A DNA stretch of 64,000 nucleotides from an uncultured Desulfurococcales archaeon (GCA_964406965.1 CAYOTT010000002.1:72712-136711), one strand, 5' to 3'. Positions 1 to 10,066 are shown, counted from the first letter of the stretch. The notes: a model not told the origin generated them from the sequence alone. A program made the numbers and translations.

Positions 1-553
1 CTTCAAAAACAAAACCCAATATGCTTCCCATAAACAATATGAACAACCTTACATCCCTTGAAGCAAATTGGGGAATACTGCCTGTAAATGTTGGATGCTT
101 CCCTAAATAATGTTCTGCTCTAATATGTAAATAACTAACCATAAGAGAGCCTGAAAGAGCAAAGTAAAAGATAACTAAGCTTGCAAAATCTGTTTTATTC
201 AAAAACATATAAGAAAAATATGTAGCTCCAAGAATAACTGCTATGTCAACCAATCTATCTAGAATACCGTCGAAAAATGCTCCAAACTTTGAAGTTTTAC
301 CTAGGAGTCTAGCTAATTCGCCGTCAATCCCGTCAAGTATTGAAGCTATTTGAACAATTATTCCAGCTAAAACAGGGTTTCCCGTAACGTAAAGATAGAG
401 TGGAATGAGGCCTATAGTGAAAACTACTAAAGAAACCATGTTAGGTGAAGGTCTATACCCTCTAGACACTATGAACAATGTTATTTTAGTGGAAATTCTC
501 CTGTTAATAAACTTAGATACAGGTCCGTCTTCTTTTTTGCCTAAGGAGCTCAT
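1..553 (-). CDS. di-myo-inositol-1,3'-phosphate-1'-phosphate synthase (DIPPS; CDP-alcohol phosphatidyltransferase), 5' part; runs off the window
   Basis: Reverse-strand translation from the ATG at 553 gives MSSLGKKEDGPVSKFINRRISTKITLF..., then multiple TM helices. The motif DGIDGELARLLGKTSKFGAFFDGILDRLVD fits the CDP-OH phosphotransferase signature D-G-x2-A-R-x8-G-x3-D-x3-D. The gene lies directly downstream of the IPCT gene with a 41-nt overlap. Confidence 0.7.
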   Translation of the reverse strand, partial: MSSLGKKEDGPVSKFINRRISTKITLFIVSRGYRPSPNMVSLVVFTIGLIPLYLYVTGNPVLAGIIVQIASILDGIDGELARLLGKTSKFGAFFDGILDRLVDIAVILGATYFSYMFLNKTDFASLVIFYFALSGSLMVSYLHIRAEHYLGKHPTFTGSIPQFASRDVRLFILFMGSILGFVFE

Positions 554-1337
554 GCCCCCTCATCTCTTCTAACACTTTATCTAGAACAGGCCTTGATTTT
601 CCATAGAGAATTTCTACTAAGTCTTTAGGAGTGTCTATGTCAACCCAGTAGTCACCTTTGATATCAGCTACTTTTACAAAGCACTCACTATTAGCTATTA
701 GTATTGCTTTTGAAACCGTTAAACTTTCTAGAGGAAAACCACTTCTACTCACTATACTTATTGCTTTTTTAGAAAACACCATAACCCCGATATCTACGTG
801 AGTGAATTCTCTTAGTTCTTTACCTATATCTTTCAAAACACCGTTTTCAGCTAGGATTTTTGTGGCTTCATCTACGTTTACATATTTAGGTTTAGAATCA
901 CCACCAACAACAATGCATGCATTGTTTGGTTCTTTTAAAATTTTTAATAGAATCCTGGATGAGTAAATATGGTCTGCCATAGAGACAAAGAACTTATCGT
1001 TTGAAACATTCTTGCTTCCCAAAATCAAACTATATCCGTTACCCCATTCAGGCTTAGGGTTATTTACATAAACTATCTCGACATTTTTAATAATGTTTTC
1101 ATACTTTGAAAGTATTCTTTTCGCTTTCCTAAGGAATTTTTCATTAACAACAATAATTATCTTTTCGACACCAACTTTGGTTAAGGATGTTATAGGGTAA
1201 GCTATCATGGGATACCTTTCTACCTTATAAAAGTATTTAGGCATGGATCCTGTAATTCCTCTTAATCTCTTACCTAAGCCTCCAGCTAAAATAACTGCCT
1301 CCTTTATTTTCTCAACCATATTATCGCTACCTACCAT
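513..1337 (-). CDS. CTP:L-myo-inositol-1-phosphate cytidylyltransferase (IPCT)
   Basis: N-terminal NTP-transferase P-loop AVILAGGLGKRL. Blocks GNGYSL...MADHIYS, VDEATKI, LREFTHVDIGVMVF and WVDIDTPKDL match, as I recall them, the IPCT domain of bifunctional IPCT/DIPPS enzymes. It is followed by, and overlaps, a CDP-alcohol phosphatidyltransferase gene. Confidence 0.65.
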   Translation of the reverse strand: MVGSDNMVEKIKEAVILAGGLGKRLRGITGSMPKYFYKVERYPMIAYPITSLTKVGVEKIIIVVNEKFLRKAKRILSKYENIIKNVEIVYVNNPKPEWGNGYSLILGSKNVSNDKFFVSMADHIYSSRILLKILKEPNNACIVVGGDSKPKYVNVDEATKILAENGVLKDIGKELREFTHVDIGVMVFSKKAISIVSRSGFPLESLTVSKAILIANSECFVKVADIKGDYWVDIDTPKDLVEILYGKSRPVLDKVLEEMRGHELLRQKRRRTCI

Positions 1338-1950
1338 AATAACCTAGCAACACAGCATACCCTGTAACATGGGCTTTAGCGTACTCTAAAATCTTCGTTA
1401 AATCATTAAACATGTTTTTAGGAATTTCGGAGTCTAGTGCTAAAAGAATGAAAACATATCTGTGCTTACTTCCTTCAGGCGGGCATGGACCACCATATCC
1501 TACGTATCCGAAGTCATTTTTGAGTTGATACCCTAAGTTTTCAATGTACTCTTTCTTAGGGACATTTTCCGGAAGACTCGTTAGCTTAGGCGGCATGTTA
1601 ACTATTACCCAGTGAACAAAGAATCCGCTTGGAGCATCTGGGTCATAAACTAGCAACATTAGCGTTTTAGGGGATTCTAAAATACCAGACCATTTTAGGG
1701 GTGGTGAAATGTTTTCTCCGTTGCATGTATATTTCTTAGGAATATCGCCGTCGTTTGGGAAGGCAGAGCTTTCGAGCTTAAACTCGTACTTAGCATTTGC
1801 AACTAGGTTTTTTACAAGTTCAAGCTGTACTTTGGTTTCTTGTTTAAACATTAAGAAGCCTACTATAGCTGCAACTATGATTACTAATGAAGCTAAAGTT
1901 ACTATAACTGTCTTACCGTTTATTTTCATTTTAACCCCTCTCTGAACCAA
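1327..1950 (-). CDS. PEBP/YbhB-YbcL family protein (phosphatidylethanolamine-binding-like) with N-terminal membrane anchor
   Basis: Hydrophobic N-terminal helix, then the PEBP-family motifs DPDAPSG..HW and GYGGPCPP.G..HRYVF.L.ALD. Confidence 0.7.
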   Translation of the reverse strand: MVQRGVKMKINGKTVIVTLASLVIIVAAIVGFLMFKQETKVQLELVKNLVANAKYEFKLESSAFPNDGDIPKKYTCNGENISPPLKWSGILESPKTLMLLVYDPDAPSGFFVHWVIVNMPPKLTSLPENVPKKEYIENLGYQLKNDFGYVGYGGPCPPEGSKHRYVFILLALDSEIPKNMFNDLTKILEYAKAHVTGYAVLLGYYGR

Positions 1951-2042
1951 TTATTGCTCTAAAGCAATTTAAGCTAATCGTAAAAACTATTTGGTTTAAT
2001 AAGGAAAATACTGTAAACACAGTAAAGAGGTGTTGGAAAACG

Positions 2043-2621
2043 GTGCTCTCAAAGTATAGGGACTTTGTTTTTAAAGTCATTTCAAAGTATGTTAAAAAGC
2101 TAAGTAGCTTAGGAATTAAACCTTGGCATTTTACATTTCTAGGATTACTCCTATCACTCTTGTATCTTTACGCTTTAGCTACGAACTCAGTATTATTTGC
2201 AATAATTTTTCTTCTCACATCAGGTTTTATGGATGTTCTTGATGGAGCTTTAGCTAAGACAGCTAATATTTTAAGCAAATGTGGTGCATATCTTGACTCG
2301 ATGTTTGACCGTTTAGAGGATTCCGCATATTACATAGGATTAATTATCTTGAACTTTGATTGCTATATCGTATTTTTAGCTTTGGCCTTAACCTTGACTT
2401 TAACCTATAGTAAGGCTAGGCTTGAAAACCTCGGGATAGATGAACCAAGAGTAAGCCTTTTTGAAAGAAGCGACAGAATAGTTGTCCTAGCTTTCATACT
2501 TGCTACTTACATTGTAAATTCGCGGCTTTCTAATGTTCTTTTTAGCATCTACGTGTTTGCACTTACTGTAATAGTAGTCTTACGCATAATTACTGGGTAT
2601 ACGGATTTATCTAAGACATGA
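2043..2621 (+). CDS. CDP-alcohol phosphatidyltransferase, archaetidylinositol-phosphate-synthase-like (short integral-membrane type)
   Basis: Motif DVLDGALAKTANILSKCGAYLDSMFDRLED (D-G-x2-A-x8-G-x3-D-x3-D). About 190 aa with 5-6 predicted TM helices, which is the size class of AIP synthases. Confidence 0.6.
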   Translation: MLSKYRDFVFKVISKYVKKLSSLGIKPWHFTFLGLLLSLLYLYALATNSVLFAIIFLLTSGFMDVLDGALAKTANILSKCGAYLDSMFDRLEDSAYYIGLIILNFDCYIVFLALALTLTLTYSKARLENLGIDEPRVSLFERSDRIVVLAFILATYIVNSRLSNVLFSIYVFALTVIVVLRIITGYTDLSKT

Positions 2622-2643
2622 GTTGCCACATGGTTGTATACGT

Positions 2644-3387
2644 TTAAATGACGTCTTTAAACATATAGTCTATTTTTTCGTTTTCAAGCTTCTCGTATCT
2701 CTCAGTTGTTCCTACATCGTACCATAAGCCTTCATACTTGTAAGCAATAACTTTTCCGTTTTCTAAAATAATTTTTGGTATTAAATCACCCATTATATCT
2801 ATGTTGTTTTTCTCTTTAGCTATGTTTTCAAGGTATCTCCTAACACTAGTTTTGGCTACGAGAATACCTATTGTTACATAAATGTTTAGCCAAGGTTTCT
2901 CGACTATTCGCTTTACCTCGGAGTCTTTAAGTTCAACTACACCTACCGGGATTTGGTAACGTGTAGCTACGGCTAGTGTTACCTCGGCGTTATTTGCTCT
3001 ATGAAAGCTTAGGAGGCCCCTTAAACTTATTGTTGAAAGTATGTCTCCGTAGTAAATTACTATGTCATTAACATCATCAAAAACTCCTGTTCTGAAGGCG
3101 TTTAGTAATGCTCCTCCAGTTCCTTTAAGGTCTTTAGGGTCTTGAACATAGTTTATTTTTACGCCGAATCTTGATCCGTCTTCAAAATAGTTAACTATTT
3201 GCTCATACTTGTAACCTACAAGCAAAACAATATCCACTATTCCATGGTATCTCAATAGTTTCACAATATATTCTAATAATGGCTTTTGCTTCTTACCGAT
3301 AGGGATCATTGTTTTCTGGAAATAGTAGGTAAGCGGACGAAGTCTCTTACCTTCTCCCCCACAAAGAATAACGCCTTTAACTTTCAT
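2644..3387 (-). CDS. sugar-phosphate nucleotidyltransferase (glucose-1-phosphate thymidylyl/uridylyltransferase-like)
   Basis: N-terminal GVILCGGEGKRLRPLT P-loop-like signature of the NTP_transferase family, and a GTGGAL sugar-binding motif. 247 aa. Confidence 0.7.
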   Translation of the reverse strand: MKVKGVILCGGEGKRLRPLTYYFQKTMIPIGKKQKPLLEYIVKLLRYHGIVDIVLLVGYKYEQIVNYFEDGSRFGVKINYVQDPKDLKGTGGALLNAFRTGVFDDVNDIVIYYGDILSTISLRGLLSFHRANNAEVTLAVATRYQIPVGVVELKDSEVKRIVEKPWLNIYVTIGILVAKTSVRRYLENIAKEKNNIDIMGDLIPKIILENGKVIAYKYEGLWYDVGTTERYEKLENEKIDYMFKDVI

Positions 3388-3467
3388 TCTCCTAAGGCCT
3401 CGATTTCTGTTGCCAGCATTGTTTTTAACTATCTTTTCTAAGAAATAAATGTTAAAGAGGAGATTTC

Positions 3468-4043
3468 ATGGAGCATACTGAAGCATTAGTGACAAAAGCG
3501 CTAATACTAGTTAATTTAGTAGTGTATGTTATCGCAGGTATTTTAGGGGGGTCGTTTTTAAGTATAAGCGATAAAGTGCTTATTCTCCTAGGCCAATTTA
3601 ACCTCTTCATAATAAAGTATGGTTGGTATTTTCAACTATTAACAGCAATGTTTGTACACATAAACATCGTCCACTTAGCTTTCAACATGTTTTGGCTTTA
3701 CATCCTAGGTTCTCATTGTGAAAGCATTTTTGGACTTAAGAAATACCTTGCAATATACTTCTTAAGCGGATTATTCGGTAATATTTTAACACTTTACTTG
3801 CTTCCTTTAAGAACCGTTAGCGCTGGTGCTAGTGGGGCTGTTTTCGGAATTTTCGGCGCATTAATGGCATACAGTGGTTTTACGCGTAGAAGCATGTTTG
3901 CTTCAGTACTTTACGCATTATTTATTTTAATTCTAAACGTAGGTTTCGGAGTTAATGTCGTAGCTCACTTTGGCGGGTTATTCTTAGGCTTCATATTAGG
4001 CTACGTTTATGCTAGAGGTTTAAGAAGGCATCATTTTGTTTGA
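3468..4043 (+). CDS. rhomboid-family intramembrane serine protease
   Basis: Six predicted TM segments. The catalytic GASGAVFG (GxSG) sits in a TM helix, and a conserved His lies in AHFGGLF of a later helix. Confidence 0.75.
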   Translation: MEHTEALVTKALILVNLVVYVIAGILGGSFLSISDKVLILLGQFNLFIIKYGWYFQLLTAMFVHINIVHLAFNMFWLYILGSHCESIFGLKKYLAIYFLSGLFGNILTLYLLPLRTVSAGASGAVFGIFGALMAYSGFTRRSMFASVLYALFILILNVGFGVNVVAHFGGLFLGFILGYVYARGLRRHHFV

Positions 4044-4105
4044 ATTTTTAGAACAAAAACGTTCGAAGAAATAGGATTTTAAGAATAAATAGGTAAAGAG
4101 GCTTC

Positions 4106-6196
4106 TTGGTGAATACATTGTTAAAGGGAAACATTGCTTACGCCTTAGTTATTGCAGCAATCATAGCAGGGCTAATAGCAGCTTCATTAGTTATAAGTAA
4201 CCCGTTAAACACACCTATGAACTATAGTACCACGTCAACAACGCCCTACAATATTGTTAAAGAAAACTTTACAACGATAGATCATAATGTTAGCGTTAAA
4301 ACATTTAACACATACAATGAGCTCTTAGGCTTCATTAAGTCTTCCACTAAAAAGCCTAAGTGGATTTATCCAGTAATGATGCCTTCGGATGTACGTGTAT
4401 ACTTAGATGTATCCCCGCAACCTACAGCTATTCCAGAAAAGCTTACTATTCCAACGCCGACGCCTACACCAATGCCAGTAACATTTACTGTTACTGCTGC
4501 AACGAAAACACCGTTTATGGGATCTACTGTGGAATTTTCTAAAACCAACGTACAAGTTGAAGGTGTTGATGAATTAGACTACATTAAAACTGATGGAGAA
4601 TTCATTTACGTTGCAAGGGATAATGCAGTATATGTTGTTAAAGCATACCCTCCTGATGCTGCAGAAGTTGTTTCAAAAATAAACGTTGATGGCTTAATTA
4701 ATGGGATATTCGTTGAAAACAAAAGGCTTGTAGTAGTGTATTCTAAAAGGTATGAACCTACAGTTACTATAGTTGAAGAACCCAAAGTAGTAATGCCCTT
4801 TAAAATAGCGTCTAAAACATATGTTAGCATATTTGACCTATCAGAACCGCGAAGTCCTAAGAAATTAGTTGAATATTCAGCTTACGGTTCTCTAGCGGGT
4901 TCGAGATTAACTGAGAAAACCGTTTACATTATACTACAGTATCCGGTAATGTTAAAAGAAGACACTGTACCACTACCTGTAATTAATGATGAAGTAGTAT
5001 CTCCAACGGAAATAAAGTATTTTAATAGAGACTTTTCATACATGTTTACAATAATTTTAGCAGTTAATGTAAGCAATGCTGAGTTTAATAGGGAAGTTTT
5101 CTTAACAGGTTCTTCAGCAAAAATATACATGTCAAAAAGAAATCTCTACATACTTTCAATAAAATATCCTGACTACACTATGGTATATGATAAAGTCCTA
5201 GATGTACTTTTAGAAAAAGCACCTGCAAATGTTAGAGAAGCTGTTGAGAGAATTAAGGAACTAAACATAAATGATGATTTAAAACGTAAGTTAATAGCTG
5301 AAATTGTCAGTGACTACTATAATAAGCTTCCTTCGAAAGAAAGAGAGGAGATAATGGAGGAAATTTTTGAGAAAACCAAGGACGTGCTAAGAGAGAAAAC
5401 AGTAATTTACAGATTCTCAATAAGCGGACTTAAAATAAGCGCCAAAGCTAAAGGCGAAGTTCCAGGAAGAGTTCTTGACCAATTCTCTATGGACGAGTAC
5501 GGAGATTATTTTAGAGTAGCTACAACAGAAACCATGTATTATCCGTATCGTAGCTCGGAAACAGTAAATAACGTCTACATTTTAAACATGAGCCTTGAAA
5601 TTGTAGGTAAACTTGAAGGATTGGCTTTAAGCGAGAGAATATACGCTGCAAGGTTTTCAGGAAACATGTGCTACTTAGTAACGTTTAGACGTATTGATCC
5701 GCTTTTTGCAATAGATCTTTCAAACCCTGAAGAGCCTAAAGTTTTAGGATATCTTAAAACACCTGGTTTCTCAGAATACCTACACCCGTATGGAGACCAT
5801 TATCTCATAGGTGTTGGAAGAGATGCTGACGAATATGGTAGAATTAAAGGGTTAAAAATAGCGTTATTTGACGTATCTGACCCTGAAAATCCGAAGGAAG
5901 TTTCACATATAATCATAGGCAATGCTGGAACATGGTCTCCAGTATTTAGAGACCATAAAGCCTTCATGATAAATGAGAATAAATCGTACTTTGCCGTTCC
6001 CGTAAGAGGCTCTGTAGAGGGAATATACATTATATCGATAAACGGCGATAAACTCTCTATAAAGGGCTTCATAGAGTTAAAGGATCCACTAAGAACAGTG
6101 TATATTGACGACTTCATATATGGTATATCTCTTTGGAAAATAAAAATAGTAGATGACATTGCTATTTCGGAAATTAAAACATTAACTTTAGTTTAA
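4106..6196 (+). CDS. secreted/membrane-anchored beta-propeller-domain protein (COG4880/Pfam Beta_propel type)
   Basis: N-terminal TM anchor, then a Thr/Pro-rich linker (TPTPTPMPVTFTVTA). The C-terminal block VTFRRIDPLFAIDLSNPEEPKVLGYLKTPGFSEYLHPYGDHYLIGVGRD resembles, as I recall it, the archaeal secreted beta-propeller family. Confidence 0.55.
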   Translation: MVNTLLKGNIAYALVIAAIIAGLIAASLVISNPLNTPMNYSTTSTTPYNIVKENFTTIDHNVSVKTFNTYNELLGFIKSSTKKPKWIYPVMMPSDVRVYLDVSPQPTAIPEKLTIPTPTPTPMPVTFTVTAATKTPFMGSTVEFSKTNVQVEGVDELDYIKTDGEFIYVARDNAVYVVKAYPPDAAEVVSKINVDGLINGIFVENKRLVVVYSKRYEPTVTIVEEPKVVMPFKIASKTYVSIFDLSEPRSPKKLVEYSAYGSLAGSRLTEKTVYIILQYPVMLKEDTVPLPVINDEVVSPTEIKYFNRDFSYMFTIILAVNVSNAEFNREVFLTGSSAKIYMSKRNLYILSIKYPDYTMVYDKVLDVLLEKAPANVREAVERIKELNINDDLKRKLIAEIVSDYYNKLPSKEREEIMEEIFEKTKDVLREKTVIYRFSISGLKISAKAKGEVPGRVLDQFSMDEYGDYFRVATTETMYYPYRSSETVNNVYILNMSLEIVGKLEGLALSERIYAARFSGNMCYLVTFRRIDPLFAIDLSNPEEPKVLGYLKTPGFSEYLHPYGDHYLIGVGRDADEYGRIKGLKIALFDVSDPENPKEVSHIIIGNAGTWSPVFRDHKAFMINENKSYFAVPVRGSVEGIYIISINGDKLSIKGFIELKDPLRTVYIDDFIYGISLWKIKIVDDIAISEIKTLTLV

Positions 6197-6308
6197 AAGG
6201 ACTATTTTTCTTTTCTTCTACTAACCGTAATTTATGGTAAGGCTTAAGTTAGTATTCTAACACACATCAAGTATGACAGCTTAGAATACAGCTAAATGGT
6301 AATGACCC

Positions 6309-8540
6309 ATGAGTAGTAGTAGTGATGTTGAGTGGTGGAAGAAACCTGTAAGAGTCTTTCAATTCAATCTTGAAGATCCTTATGGCTTCTTTATTAAAAA
6401 GTTTGATGCAAAAACGTTAGTTAATTTAGCTAGAAAAATGAGGGCAAATGTATTAGTTATTTTTGCACGTGATGCTTGGGGTAGAAGGCTTTATCTTCGC
6501 GGAAAAGTTGCTCCGCAACATCCAAGACTAACAGAGAAGTCAAGTATTGAAAAGCTTATTGAAGAAGCTAAAAAGTATGGAATAAAAGTCGTAATAATGG
6601 TTGCACATACAGCTAACAAGTATATGTATGAAAAACATCCCGATTGGGCGCAAGTAAACGTTAGGGGGGAAGTAATAGTCTTAGAACACATACCTTCTGA
6701 ATCCAAAATTAAGAGTCCACAGTGGCCTCTTTTATGCATAAATTCCCCATATATGCAATACTTAGAGGAGGAAGTTAGCGAAAGTATTAAAGCCATAAAC
6801 CCTGATGGAGTTTTACTTGACTCCTTCCGTTATCAACCAGACTTCAACAAAGCATGTTATTGTGATTATTGCCAAATAGCTTTCACGAAGGAAACAGGCC
6901 TTGAACTTCCCGATGAAGAAAACTGGGAAACTATGGAGTGGCGGGAGGCTTGGAAATGGCGCTACAGAGTTGTTATAAGATCTATAGCTAGATTAAGAAG
7001 CATAGTTAAGAAGTATAATCCGAACATAGTATACATGTATAATAGTCACCCTGCAGGATGGGCTGGTAGAGCAAATAAGGTAGTTGAGGACATAAGAGAC
7101 TTAGTAGATGTTGTTTTTGCTGAATGCAGCGAAGCTGATCACCAACCTCCCGGGTTCATTTCTGAAATGGTTAGGCTAACTAAGGCTATGAGCGGAGGCA
7201 AGCCTGTTTGGGCTTCTAGAAATGCATTCTATATGTACAGGACGGTTACTTCAGCAACACCAATAGCTGTTAAGCAAGGTCTCAGGGAAGCACTTATAGC
7301 GGGGGGTTCGCCATGGGTTTTATTTTTCTCATCAACGCTATCTCAGGATTCTAGAGTGTTAGATGCCGTAGCTGAAGTATATAGGGAGATAGAGGAATTA
7401 GAAGATTACCTTATAGGTTTAGAGGAAGTGAAGTATGTTGGAATAGTTGCTTCAAATGCTACAAGAGACTGGTATGGTAAAAGTAATCCAGCAATATATG
7501 TTGATGAAATAAGAGGATTCTACTATGCCTTAATAAATCAGCACATTCCAGTAGGTTTTATAGCAGACAGGGACTTATCGGATGAAAATAAGCTTTCAGA
7601 ATATTCAGCAGTGGTTTTAGCAAATACCGCTTGCGTCTCTGATAAATCTGTTGAGGCATTAAAACATTATGTAGAAGAAGGCGGAGGATTAGTTGTAACA
7701 TATCAAGCAACAACACTTGACATGGACGGTGTTGACAGAGAGGATTTCGGAATTTCTGAAATACTAGGGGCGCATTATGAAGGATTACTTAGCCTTCCAT
7801 GGAGCTATGTTATTGTAGAAAAGGAGGCTTTCAGAAAAGTGCATAATATTGTACCCCTCGGCGACATGGATTATGTATTTAAGTCTAGAAGAAGCGAAGA
7901 GGGATTAGCAAATCAGGTTAGAGCTAAAGTTGAAAGCGAAAAAGTAAAAATTATTGGTAGAATTGCTCTTGCAGCAGCAGATTATGGTTTCGAATATACT
8001 CTCGGTAGAAGCACTCCACCAATAGGTATTGAAACAATGGAGCCTTCAATAATAGTTTCTGAAAATAAAGTATTTTACTTTTCATTTCAGCTTGGAAGAC
8101 ATTATTGGAGAATAGGCCATCCAGATTATTTGAACATGATAGTTGAAAGCACACTTTATGTTGCTAAAAAACCATTACCAATAGAAACTAATGCTCCAGA
8201 AACTGTGGAAATAAGCCTATTCAGAAAAGATGATGAACTATACTTTATACATTTACTAAATCACACTTACAATCAAAGAATATTGTCGATACCCTTAGGA
8301 GCAAGTAGGCAAGCATTACCCGGATATAGTCAGCCATATGCAGTACATCCTCCAAGGAGAATTGATCCAATAAGTAATATAAGGATTAAGCTTAAACTCG
8401 GTCAAAGCTGGGAGGAGGCGAAAATAATATTGCCTTTAAGAAAAGCTGAGAAAAAAGTGAAAATAAAAAACGGCGAAATCTCCTATACACTACCTATACT
8501 AAATGAGTATGAAGCAATAGCTATTGAAAAAACATATTAA
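6309..8540 (+). CDS. putative glycoside-hydrolase-like protein (TIM-barrel N-domain plus class-I glutamine-amidotransferase-like/beta-galactosidase-trimerisation-like middle domain)
   Basis: 743 aa, no signal peptide. The segment VVLANTACVSDKSVEALKHYVEEGGGLVVTYQ resembles the GH42 trimerisation (GATase1-like) domain. The N-terminal WWKKPVRVFQFNLEDP...VIFARDAWG fits hypothetical glycosyl-hydrolase-like TIM barrels. This is a weak, pattern-level assignment. Confidence 0.35.
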   Translation: MSSSSDVEWWKKPVRVFQFNLEDPYGFFIKKFDAKTLVNLARKMRANVLVIFARDAWGRRLYLRGKVAPQHPRLTEKSSIEKLIEEAKKYGIKVVIMVAHTANKYMYEKHPDWAQVNVRGEVIVLEHIPSESKIKSPQWPLLCINSPYMQYLEEEVSESIKAINPDGVLLDSFRYQPDFNKACYCDYCQIAFTKETGLELPDEENWETMEWREAWKWRYRVVIRSIARLRSIVKKYNPNIVYMYNSHPAGWAGRANKVVEDIRDLVDVVFAECSEADHQPPGFISEMVRLTKAMSGGKPVWASRNAFYMYRTVTSATPIAVKQGLREALIAGGSPWVLFFSSTLSQDSRVLDAVAEVYREIEELEDYLIGLEEVKYVGIVASNATRDWYGKSNPAIYVDEIRGFYYALINQHIPVGFIADRDLSDENKLSEYSAVVLANTACVSDKSVEALKHYVEEGGGLVVTYQATTLDMDGVDREDFGISEILGAHYEGLLSLPWSYVIVEKEAFRKVHNIVPLGDMDYVFKSRRSEEGLANQVRAKVESEKVKIIGRIALAAADYGFEYTLGRSTPPIGIETMEPSIIVSENKVFYFSFQLGRHYWRIGHPDYLNMIVESTLYVAKKPLPIETNAPETVEISLFRKDDELYFIHLLNHTYNQRILSIPLGASRQALPGYSQPYAVHPPRRIDPISNIRIKLKLGQSWEEAKIILPLRKAEKKVKIKNGEISYTLPILNEYEAIAIEKTY

Positions 8541-8638
8541 AGTCAAGAATAAATAATTCTAATCACGATATTTAAGAGAAATAAATATAGCTTAAGTTTC
8601 GCAAAAACATTACCTAATATCACTTGCTAACATATCTA

Positions 8639-8923
8639 TTATATCATTAGCAAGAGCTCTTTCGCTTCACTATAAGCCTTATTTGATGGTAAGCTTGTCT
8701 CCATTAATACCTTAACATAATAGTGTTTTAAAACACTGCTCTTTTCAATTATATCTTTAGAAGAAATTATTTTTGGATTATAAATTACTGCAACTTTATT
8801 TCCGAAAACGTGAACACCTTTTACGCCTTCAACTTTAAAAAAGAGTTCTTTAGAAGGTAAAGTGCATCTACTACAACCTTTTCCTTCAACTTTAATTATT
8901 AATATATTTAAATAGTCCTCCAT
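8639..8923 (-). CDS. small HMA-like (ferredoxin-fold metal-binding-like) protein with GCSRC motif
   Basis: 94 aa. The KVEGKGCSRCTL ... NKVAVIYNP pattern resembles the beta-alpha-beta-beta-alpha-beta HMA fold but lacks the canonical MxCxxC. Confidence 0.3.
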   Translation of the reverse strand: MEDYLNILIIKVEGKGCSRCTLPSKELFFKVEGVKGVHVFGNKVAVIYNPKIISSKDIIEKSSVLKHYYVKVLMETSLPSNKAYSEAKELLLMI

Positions 8924-9013
8924 GCTTTTACCTCTAATAAACTTGTAAGTTAAGTGAACACCGTTAATTTTAACTATTATGACTAAATATTTCGCTAAGG
9001 AGGTAGCAGCTAT

Positions 9014-9463
9014 ATGTTGTTTAATATGGTCTCTAATGACGTTGAACTTTCAAGGATCATTGAGAAAATGCTTTCAGAAACAATAAAGAAAAAGGAAACT
9101 ACTAAATGTTGTAAAAGAGTTTTTGAAGGAGAAGTTGAGATATATAGGTTAGAGGAATTAGAGAATCTTTTAGAAACATGCAAGGTAGTCTTTATTAACT
9201 TCTACTCACCCGCCTGCGGTTATTGTAAAATGTTTCAACCCGTATTTACACATGTAGGAGATATGTTTAGAGGGAATGCAGTTTTCGCTAAAGTCAATGT
9301 AATGCATGCTCCGGAAGTCGCTTGGTATTTTAATGTGAGAGGAACCCCAACAACAATAGCATTAATTGAAGGTAGAGTTGAAGCTTTCATACCAGGATAT
9401 GTTAATATACAAACATTTACTAACATAGTAAAGAAACTTCTGGAAAAAGCCAAGTGCTTATAA
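9014..9463 (+). CDS. thioredoxin-family protein
   Basis: Active-site CGYC(K) in FYSPACGYCKMF, followed by a thioredoxin-fold pattern (RGTPT cis-Pro region). Confidence 0.7.
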   Translation: MLFNMVSNDVELSRIIEKMLSETIKKKETTKCCKRVFEGEVEIYRLEELENLLETCKVVFINFYSPACGYCKMFQPVFTHVGDMFRGNAVFAKVNVMHAPEVAWYFNVRGTPTTIALIEGRVEAFIPGYVNIQTFTNIVKKLLEKAKCL

Positions 9464-9568
9464 GCCTTTGCAATAATCTGTACTTCACTTAAAAAGATCT
9501 TAGATTAATAATTAATGAGGAAAATAGCATTACGCTTCCTCATAGTTAAAACTGCATTGACTTGAGGT

Positions 9569-10066
9569 ATGTGTTTTATGGAGACAATAATGGAAATGCT
9601 CATAAGGGATCATAAGGTCTTTAGAAATATTTTCCAAGACGTAGAGGAAACAATAAAGAGTATGAATTTGGAACCTAAAAGCTCCGAAGAAAAATTTGAG
9701 CTATTAAAAAATATTGTAATAATAGCGTACAAGCTTTCAGAGTTTGCTGGAAGAACAGATAAACATAGGCAAATAGAGGAAATTACTGTTTACCGTGAAC
9801 TGGAAAGTTTAGGTTATAAGGATGAAGCCGTTATGCTTCGTGAACAGCATGTAGAAATTATGAAGGAAATTAAAAACATGAATAGTATAATTGAAGGATA
9901 TAGGAAGGGTATGAAGCCTATAGAGGAGATAGCTAATTCTTTAGTAAAAATTTTCCATAAAATAAAGCCTATGTATGTTAAACACATGGATGATGAGGAA
10001 AGGTTTTTCTCAAAATACTTTGAGCTGAAAAGGGAAACAGTTCAGAAACGCGATTATGTAAACTAG
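9569..10066 (+). CDS. hemerythrin-like (HHE cation-binding) domain protein, tentative
   Basis: Spaced His/Glu/Asp residues (IRDHKVF, DKHRQIEE, EQHVEIMKE, KHMDDEE) in a roughly 160-aa all-helical protein. The assignment is weak. Confidence 0.3.
   Translation: MCFMETIMEMLIRDHKVFRNIFQDVEETIKSMNLEPKSSEEKFELLKNIVIIAYKLSEFAGRTDKHRQIEEITVYRELESLGYKDEAVMLREQHVEIMKEIKNMNSIIEGYRKGMKPIEEIANSLVKIFHKIKPMYVKHMDDEERFFSKYFELKRETVQKRDYVN

Noticed and set aside
1709-1945. 78-aa plus-strand ORF inside the PEBP gene
   Set aside because: It lies entirely antisense within a well-supported minus-strand CDS and has a low-complexity S/L/T-rich sequence.
4360-6159. Several 60-119-aa ORFs on both strands inside the beta-propeller protein gene
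   Set aside because: They are overlap or antisense ORFs within a long, motif-supported CDS. They show the composition of the Thr/Pro-rich region read in alternative frames.
8541-9013. Possible hidden element between the glycosidase-like gene and the thioredoxin gene
   Set aside because: The region is occupied by the 94-aa minus-strand HMA-like ORF plus ordinary intergenic spacers. No repeats were seen.
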